Source of the DNA: an uncultured Trueperaceae bacterium
Lineage (GTDB): Bacteria; Deinococcota; Deinococci; Deinococcales; Trueperaceae
DNA: 64,000 nucleotides
Direction of reading: 5' to 3'
Assembly (NCBI GenBank): GCA_963727505.1
Contig: CAVSGP010000002.1
Coordinates: 224,001-288,000 of the forward strand
The notes below the pieces were generated by a model. It was not told where the DNA came from. It worked only from the letters and a program-made list of their open reading frames with translations, and searched no databases. This document shows positions 57,534-64,000 of the stretch, in pieces. A program made the position numbers and the translations under genes. The number at the start of each line of letters is the position of its first letter. Position 1 is the first letter of the stretch.

Positions 57534-58916
57534 TCAACGGTGAACTGGGGGCCGCCGGAGCATGCGGCCGCGCTTGGGATCGCCGACGAAGGCGCCATCG
57601 CGGACGGCGACCTTCCCGCGCACCGTGACGACGCTCGGGCGGCCGTCGATCTCCATGCCTTCGAATCCGTTGTAGTCGACGATCATGGTCTGCCTGGCGG
57701 CGCTCAGCTTGCCGCGGTAGGTGGGGTCGTACACCACCAGGTCGCCGTCGCTACCCACCGCCACGGTGCCCTTGCGGGGGAACAGGCCGAAGGTCTTGGC
57801 GGCGCGCGTGGAAGCGGCGTCGACGAAGCGGTGGATGTCGAGGGCGCCGCGACTGACCCCGTACGTGTACAGCAGGTTGACGCGATCCTCGATCGCGGGG
57901 ATGCCGTTGGGGATCTTCGTGAAGTCGTCCTTGCCCATGTCCTTCTGGCCGTGGAAGTCGAAAGGCGCATGGTCGGTCCCGACGGTGTCGATGAGTCCGT
58001 GCTCGAGCGCGCGCCACAGCGCGGCCTGGTCGGCCTTGGTGCGCAGCGGCGGTGACATGACGTACTTGGCGCCCTCGAAGTCGGGCCTCTGCGCGTAGCT
58101 CTCGTCGAGGATGAGGTGCGGGATGACCGATTCGATGGTCAGCGACACCCCGCGAAGCTTGGCGGCCAGGGCGGCTTCGAGCGAGGCGGCGTTGGAGAGA
58201 TGGACGACGTAGCCGTGCGCCCCGGTCATCTCCACGAAGCTGGCGAAGTGGTGGGTGCCCTCGGCTTCGACCCCCACCGGCCGGCTGGGCTCGTGGAAGC
58301 CGGGCCCGGTCTTGCCCTGCGCCAGCAGCATCTGCTGGCGGCGCGCCACCAGCTCAGCGTTCTCGCAGTGTGCGGCCACCACCACGCCCAGCTCGCGCGC
58401 CAGCTCGAGGGTCTGATAGAGCTCGTCGTCGCTGACGTCGAGCGCCCCCTTGTACGCGAGGAACACCTTGAACGACGTCGTGCCGTCGGCGACGATCTGG
58501 CGGAGTTGCGCGGCGGTGTCTTCCTTGAAGTGCGTGACGCCGAGGTGGAAGGCGTAGTCGCAGGCGCTGTTGCCGTCCGCCTTCGAGGTCCACTCCTCGT
58601 ACGCTTCCAGAGCGGGCTGCGTCGGCCCGCCCGCGACCATCTCGATGAAGGTGGTGGTGCCGCCGACCAGCGCCGCCTGGCTCCCGGCGGTGTGGGAGTC
58701 CTTGGTCACCGTGCCCATGAACGGCAGGTAGATGTGCACGTGAGGATCGATGAAGCCCGGGAAGACGTACTTGCCGGAGGCGTCGATGACCTCGGCGTCC
58801 GGGGGTGCTTCCAGGTCCCTCCCGATACGGGTGATGGTCTCGTCCTCGCAGTAGATGTCGGCGGTGGTGCGCCCGTCGGCCGTGATGATGTCGCCGTTCT
58901 TGATCAGCAAGCTCAC
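57534..58916 (-). CDS. hydA: Dihydropyrimidinase
   Basis: PGFIDPHVH, SFKVFLAYK, HCEN, SPPLR, TDHAPF, IPNG. Confidence 0.95.
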   Translation of the reverse strand: MSLLIKNGDIITADGRTTADIYCEDETITRIGRDLEAPPDAEVIDASGKYVFPGFIDPHVHIYLPFMGTVTKDSHTAGSQAALVGGTTTFIEMVAGGPTQPALEAYEEWTSKADGNSACDYAFHLGVTHFKEDTAAQLRQIVADGTTSFKVFLAYKGALDVSDDELYQTLELARELGVVVAAHCENAELVARRQQMLLAQGKTGPGFHEPSRPVGVEAEGTHHFASFVEMTGAHGYVVHLSNAASLEAALAAKLRGVSLTIESVIPHLILDESYAQRPDFEGAKYVMSPPLRTKADQAALWRALEHGLIDTVGTDHAPFDFHGQKDMGKDDFTKIPNGIPAIEDRVNLLYTYGVSRGALDIHRFVDAASTRAAKTFGLFPRKGTVAVGSDGDLVVYDPTYRGKLSAARQTMIVDYNGFEGMEIDGRPSVVTVRGKVAVRDGAFVGDPKRGRMLRRPPVHR

Positions 58917-58968
58917 GTCATGATCCTCCCGCTCGTCGCATGCCGGGCCGGCCGTGCCGGGTCCGGCG

Positions 58969-60324
58969 TCAATGGATGTCGATGCCCGTCTCCCGCCGGT
59001 ACCGCTGCATCGCCTCCCACTCGGTGGTGACGTCGGGGCGGTCTCGTACGAGTTCGTTCCAGGTGACCTCGGGCCGGCCCGATTCGACGGGCACCATGGT
59101 GATGCAGCCGTCCACGGGGCACACCAGCGAGCACAGGTCGCACCCGACGCAGTCGTCCTCGCGCACCCGCGGCTGCGGCTTGACGCCGGCGGAGAGCGTG
59201 TCGGGGTCGATGCGCGCGCCGTCGACGGTCAGGTCGATGCACTGATGGGCGCCCTCGTCGCAGGCCACGTAGCAGAGGTTGCACTGGATGCACGTCGTCT
59301 CGTCGATGCGCGCCACCGTCTTGAACGACAGGTCGAAATCGCCGAAGGAGGAGATGCGGGGCACCGAGGCGCCAACCAGGTCCGCCGCCGACGCCGCGCC
59401 CTTCTCGTCGAGCCAGTTGGAGAGGCCGTCGACGAGGTCCTCGATGATCCGGAAGCCGTAATGCATGACCGCCGTGCAGACCTGTACGTTGCTCGCTCCC
59501 AGCAGGAGGAACTCAGCTGCGTCGCGCCACGTCTGCACACCGCCGATGCCGGAGATGGGCAGCCCGCCCTCCGCGAACCGCGCGTCCGCCGCGACCGCCG
59601 AGAGCATGTGCAACGCGATGGGTCGTACCGCGGGACCGGCGAAGCCGCCGTGGCCGCCCTTGCCGCCGACGTTGGGGCGGATCTCGAGGGTGTCGAGGTC
59701 GACGCCGACGATGGAGTTGATGGTGTTGATCAGCGAGACCGCATCGGCGCCGCCGGCCAGGGCCGCGCGCGCTGGCGGCACGATGTCGGTCACGTTGGGC
59801 GTGAGCTTGACGATGACGGGGATGGAGGCCGCATCGGTCACCCACCCCGTGATCATGGTGCAGTACTCCGGCACCTGGCCGACCGCCGAGCCCATGCCGC
59901 GCTCGGACATGCCGTGTGGGCACCCGTAATTGAGCTCGATGCCGTCGGCGCCTGTGTCCTCGATGCGCTGCACGATCTCGCTCCACGCCTCCGGGGTGGA
60001 CTCGACCATCGCCGAGACGATCACCGCACGGTCCGGCCACAGGTCCTTGACCTCTTTGATCTCGCGCAGGTTGACCTCGAGTGGACGGTCGCTGATGAGC
60101 TCGATGTTGTTGATCGCCACCAGTTTGTGGGCACCGTACTCGAACGCGCCGTAGCGGTTGCATACGTTCAACACGGGCGCGCCGATGGTCTTCCAGACGG
60201 CGCCGCCCCAGCCGTACTCGAAGGCCTTGTTGACCTGGTAGGCGCTGTTGGTGGGCGGCGCCGAAGCCAGCCAGAAGGGGTTGGGGCTGGCGATGCCGGC
60301 GAAGGTGCTGGTGAGGTCAGCCAT
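58969..60324 (-). CDS. preA: Dihydropyrimidine dehydrogenase subunit PreA
   Basis: NPFWLASAPP, NNIELI, NYGCPHGM.ERGMG, two C-terminal 4Fe-4S motifs. Confidence 0.95.
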   Translation of the reverse strand: MADLTSTFAGIASPNPFWLASAPPTNSAYQVNKAFEYGWGGAVWKTIGAPVLNVCNRYGAFEYGAHKLVAINNIELISDRPLEVNLREIKEVKDLWPDRAVIVSAMVESTPEAWSEIVQRIEDTGADGIELNYGCPHGMSERGMGSAVGQVPEYCTMITGWVTDAASIPVIVKLTPNVTDIVPPARAALAGGADAVSLINTINSIVGVDLDTLEIRPNVGGKGGHGGFAGPAVRPIALHMLSAVAADARFAEGGLPISGIGGVQTWRDAAEFLLLGASNVQVCTAVMHYGFRIIEDLVDGLSNWLDEKGAASAADLVGASVPRISSFGDFDLSFKTVARIDETTCIQCNLCYVACDEGAHQCIDLTVDGARIDPDTLSAGVKPQPRVREDDCVGCDLCSLVCPVDGCITMVPVESGRPEVTWNELVRDRPDVTTEWEAMQRYRRETGIDIH

Positions 60325-61801
60325 CGCGGCCCCCGTGCGCGGCGGCGCCCTCGCCCTTGCGGGGTGGCACGAACGCATCGCTGTGCTCCCTGCCCGCCCG
60401 GCCTGCGCCGGATCGGCTCACGCCTCTGGGGAGCTCGCGGCCGAGCGGGGCCACCCCGAGTGCCTCCGCGATGCCTTGCGCCGCGATCTTGCCGTCCTGC
60501 GCGGCGGTGACGGTAAGGGCGTGACCGCTCAGGCGGACGCAGTCACCGCCGGCGAAGACCTTGGGATTGGAGGTGCGGAGCCGTTCGTCCACCTTGACGT
60601 AGCCGTGCTCGGTGTCGACTCCGAACGCCTCGAACAGCGGTGCGAGCTTGCTCTGCCCGATGGCCTTGATGACCTGGTCGCAGGGCAGCACGAACTCGCT
60701 GCCCGGTACGGGCGTCACGCGGCGCCGCCCGTCGCTGCCGGCCGGGCCGAGCTCCATGCGCACGCAACGCAACCCGGTCACCTTGCCGTCCTCGCCCAGC
60801 AACTCGACGGGTTGGGCCAGCAGCCTGAACTCCACGCCTTCGTTGCGCACGAAGGCTACCTCGAAGTCGTAGGCCGGCATCTCGTGGTCGCTGCGGCGGT
60901 AGGCGATCGTGACCGACGCGGCGCCGAGCCGCCTGGCTACGGTGGCGGCATCGATGGCGGTGTTGCCCGCACCGATGACGATGACGCGGTCTCCGACCGG
61001 CAGGTCGAGCAGCCGCTCGAGCCCGTCCTTCTCGGCCAGCTTGGTCTGGGCGATGAACGAAAGCGCTTCGATCACGCCGTCCAGGTCCTCCCCAGGGATG
61101 CCGAGATCGGGCACCGAGCCGGTGCCGGCGGCCAGGAACACGGCGTCGTAGGAGGCCAGCAGCTCGTCTGCCGGAACGTCCTTGCCGACCTGTAGGCCGG
61201 TACGCATCTCGGCGCCGAGTCGCTCGATGAACTCGACCTCTTCCAGCGACACGCGGATCGGCTCGCGCAGCGTCACGATGCCGAATGTCGACAGGCCGCC
61301 GGGAAGCTCCTGCTTCTCGAACACCGTCGCATGGATGCCGCGCCGGGCCAGCTCGCCGGCGCAGCTGAGGCCCGCGGGTCCGGCGCCGACGATGGCGACG
61401 CGCTTGCCGCTGTCGGGCGGCCGTTCGAAGGGCATGCGGCCACTCTCGTAGAGGGCGTCCGTGGCGTAGCGTTGCAGCCTGCCGATGGCGATGGGACGGT
61501 GCTCGGCGCCGAGCACGCAGGCGCCCACGCACAACTCGTCCACCGGGCACACACGGCCGCAGGAGTGCCCGATGAGGTTCGACTCGAGGATGGTGGTGGC
61601 CGCGCCCAGCACATTGCCGGTGCCGATCTTGCGGATGAAGGTGGGCACGTCGATGCCGGTTGGGCAGGCACGGATGCAGGGCGCGTCGAAGCAGTACAGA
61701 CAGCGATCCGCCTCCACGACCGCCTCGTGCGGCGTGAACGGCGGGTTCGTCTCGCTGAACCGGTCGCGCAACTGGTCCAGGGTCAGCTCGGTCTCACGCA
61801 T
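60317..61801 (-). CDS. preT: Dihydropyrimidine dehydrogenase subunit PreT
   Basis: EADRCLYCFDAPC...CP, GAGPAG, GAGNTAIDAA. Adjacent to preA. Confidence 0.9.
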   Translation of the reverse strand: MRETELTLDQLRDRFSETNPPFTPHEAVVEADRCLYCFDAPCIRACPTGIDVPTFIRKIGTGNVLGAATTILESNLIGHSCGRVCPVDELCVGACVLGAEHRPIAIGRLQRYATDALYESGRMPFERPPDSGKRVAIVGAGPAGLSCAGELARRGIHATVFEKQELPGGLSTFGIVTLREPIRVSLEEVEFIERLGAEMRTGLQVGKDVPADELLASYDAVFLAAGTGSVPDLGIPGEDLDGVIEALSFIAQTKLAEKDGLERLLDLPVGDRVIVIGAGNTAIDAATVARRLGAASVTIAYRRSDHEMPAYDFEVAFVRNEGVEFRLLAQPVELLGEDGKVTGLRCVRMELGPAGSDGRRRVTPVPGSEFVLPCDQVIKAIGQSKLAPLFEAFGVDTEHGYVKVDERLRTSNPKVFAGGDCVRLSGHALTVTAAQDGKIAAQGIAEALGVAPLGRELPRGVSRSGAGRAGREHSDAFVPPRKGEGAAAHGGRDG

Positions 61802-61864
61802 AGGGCTCCTCGCTCCGGAATCGGTGCACCGTGTTCGTGTGCCGAGAACTTCGCGGCCGGCTCC

Positions 61865-62731
61865 TCAGGGCGCCACCAGCTCGCCGTAGGCCTCGGGCCG
61901 GCGGTCGCGGTAGAACTGCCAGAGGTCGCGAACCTCGCGGATCATGTCCATGTCGAGGTCCGCGACGATCAGCTCGTCGTCGGTGCGACTGCCCTCCGCC
62001 ACGATCTGACCCCGGGGGTTCACGAAGTACGACTGACCGTAGAACTCGCCGATATCCCAAGGCTTCTCGTGGCCGACGCGGTTGATGGCCCCGACGAAGT
62101 AGCCGTTGGCGACGGCGTGGGCCGGTTGCTCGAGTTTCCAGAGGTATTCCGAGAGGCCGGCAACGGTGGCCGACGGGTTGAACACGATCTCGGCGCCGTT
62201 GAGCCCCAGCGCACGCGCGCCTTCGGGGAAGTGGCGGTCGTAGCAGATGTACACGCCGATCTTGCCGACGGCGGTCTCGAACACCGGGTAGCCGAGGTTG
62301 CCGGGCTTGAAGAAGAACTTCTCGAAGAAGCCGGCGACCTGCGGGATGTGGGTCTTCCGGTACTTGCCGAGGTAGCGCCCGTCCGCGTCGATGACGGCGG
62401 CCGTGTTGTAGTAGAGGCCGGCCATCTCCTCTTCGTAGATGGGCACGATCATGACCATCCCGTACTGCTTCGCCAGCTCCATCATCATCTGCGTGGTGGG
62501 GCCGTCGGGCATCGGCTCGGCCGTCTCGTACCACTTCGAGTCCTGCGACGGGCAGAAGTACGGGCCGTAGAAGATCTCCTGCAGGCACAGGACCTGCACG
62601 CCCTTCCGGCCGGCTTCCTCGATCATCGGGATGTGCTTGTCCATCATCGCCTTCTTGATGGCGTGGAGGTCGTCGTCGCCCGGGATGGGGTTCGAAGCCT
62701 GGATCAAGCCGCCCTTTACGGTGCGCGCCAT
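61865..62731 (-). CDS. Nitrilase-family beta-ureidopropionase (N-carbamoyl-beta-alanine amidohydrolase)
   Basis: LQEIF.GPYFC, YRK.HIP, ICYDRHFPE, FNPSAT. Pathway context. Confidence 0.88.
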   Translation of the reverse strand: MARTVKGGLIQASNPIPGDDDLHAIKKAMMDKHIPMIEEAGRKGVQVLCLQEIFYGPYFCPSQDSKWYETAEPMPDGPTTQMMMELAKQYGMVMIVPIYEEEMAGLYYNTAAVIDADGRYLGKYRKTHIPQVAGFFEKFFFKPGNLGYPVFETAVGKIGVYICYDRHFPEGARALGLNGAEIVFNPSATVAGLSEYLWKLEQPAHAVANGYFVGAINRVGHEKPWDIGEFYGQSYFVNPRGQIVAEGSRTDDELIVADLDMDMIREVRDLWQFYRDRRPEAYGELVAP

Positions 62732-62828
62732 GCGCTCTCCTTCCGTGCACCGGCCGTGTGCCGGCCCGCTATGGGAATCTTGTCGCTGCCGCGGCGCCGC
62801 TGCCAGGGTGACTCACCGGCGCCGGTCT

Positions 62829-62842
62829 GCACAATTATACAG
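62829..62842 (-). promoter_or_regulatory. Perfect -10 (TATAAT) within an imperfect palindrome upstream of the pyrimidine operon
   Basis: Minus strand TGTATAATTGTGCA. TATAAT at 62839-62834. Confidence 0.5.
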
Positions 62843-62938
62843 ACGCTTGAGATTTCACGCAGGGACGATGCGGCCGGCCGGCTGCGCCGTCCCCCGACTC
62901 ACCTCCTTCCTGGTTCCCGCGTCGCGTGCGGCACGAGC

Positions 62939-64000
62939 TCACGCCACGTCCGCCAGCGCTCGTTCCATGAGGTCTGCGGCCTGGTCCACCTCGGCCGCGC
63001 TCACGATCAGCGGCGGCGAGACGCGGATGGCATTGCCGTACAGGCCCCCCTTCCCCAGCAGCAGCCCATGCTCGCGGGCAGCGTTGACGAAGGCGGTGGC
63101 GCGGGCCGCGTCGGGGGCCTTACCCCCGTCCGGGACCACGATCTCCAATCCCTGCATGAGCCCCATGCCGCGCACGTCGCCGATGAAGGGGTGACGGGCC
63201 TGGAGCGCCTCGAGGCGCTCCCTCAAGCGAGCGCCCTGGAGCGCCGCGTTCTTCGCAAGCTCGTGCTTCTCGATGTACTCGATGGTCGCCAGCGTCGCCG
63301 CCATGCTGACGGGATTTCCGCCGAAGGTGGCGATGGTGAGCTTGTCGACCGCGGCGGCGATCTCCGGCCTGGTCACCGTCACCCCGACCGGCGAGCCGTT
63401 GGCGATGCCCTTGGCGAAGACCATGATGTCGGGCTCGACGCCCCAATGATGAATCGCGCACATGTGATCGCCGGTCCGGCCCCAGCCGGTCTGCACTTCG
63501 TCGACGATGAGCAACCCACCCGCCTCCCGCACGATGGGGAGGATGCGCTTGAAGTAGTCGCGGGGCAGCACGATGAAACCACCGACGCCCTGGATGGGCT
63601 CGGCCATGAAGGCGGCGATCTTGCCATCGGTGACCGTCGCGAGCGTCTCCTCCAGATCCTGCACACACAGGTCCAGGAGCTTGTCCTCGTCCAGGCCCAG
63701 CGGCGCGCGGTAGACGTAGGGGCTGCGCACGTGCTTGATATAGCCGTCGTAGACGTGCCCCGAGCGCCAGGATGCGTGCCCGGTGAGGCTCATGGCGGTC
63801 TGGGTGCGACCGCTGTAGGCATGCCGCAGGGTGATGACCTCCGCGCGACCGGTGTACATCCGCGCCGTCATGATGGCGGTCTCGTTGGCTTCGCTCCCGG
63901 AGGAGGTGAAGAAGCTGCTCGACAGGCGGCCGGGGGTGATCTGCGCGATCTTCTCGGCGACGCGGACGGTGATCTCGTTGAGGTAGAGCGACGACGTGTG
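62939..64000 (-). CDS. Class III aminotransferase (probable beta-alanine transaminase), 5' truncated
   Basis: FTSSGSEANE, AEPIQGVGG, DEVQTGWGRTG, PLP-Lys FAKG, TFGGNP. Confidence 0.9.
   Translation of the reverse strand, partial: HTSSLYLNEITVRVAEKIAQITPGRLSSSFFTSSGSEANETAIMTARMYTGRAEVITLRHAYSGRTQTAMSLTGHASWRSGHVYDGYIKHVRSPYVYRAPLGLDEDKLLDLCVQDLEETLATVTDGKIAAFMAEPIQGVGGFIVLPRDYFKRILPIVREAGGLLIVDEVQTGWGRTGDHMCAIHHWGVEPDIMVFAKGIANGSPVGVTVTRPEIAAAVDKLTIATFGGNPVSMAATLATIEYIEKHELAKNAALQGARLRERLEALQARHPFIGDVRGMGLMQGLEIVVPDGGKAPDAARATAFVNAAREHGLLLGKGGLYGNAIRVSPPLIVSAAEVDQAADLMERALADVA

Overview
A high-GC bacterial chromosomal window. Deinococcota (Trueperaceae-like) is inferred from the gene content and from many TANNNT-N5-8-start leaderless promoters. 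It holds about 55 genes and I see no rRNA, tRNA, CRISPR array, integrase or transposase. Main blocks: (1) secreted proteins and a second RpoD-type sigma factor lacking region 1.1; (2) an XRE-STAND-TPR regulator with a truncated paralog; (3) duplicated YitT genes around SCO/PCuAC copper chaperones; (4) can, mscL, a nitrilase and an aldo/keto reductase; (5) a four-gene minor type IV pilin cluster with a strongly structured leader; (6) a split PEP-synthase/rifampin-phosphotransferase-like dikinase plus an MFS transporter; (7) a beta-helix lipoprotein preceded by what look like two tandem c-di-GMP-II riboswitches; (8) an acyl-CoA dehydrogenase pseudogene and katG; (9) a complete reductive pyrimidine catabolism operon whose ABC permease carries a large extracytoplasmic insert of nested repeats resembling phage structural modules. 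The most notable items are the tandem c-di-GMP-II riboswitches, the decorated ABC permease, the candidate new RNA leader of the pilin operon and the split dikinase operon. All family calls come from motif recognition by eye; no database searches were run.
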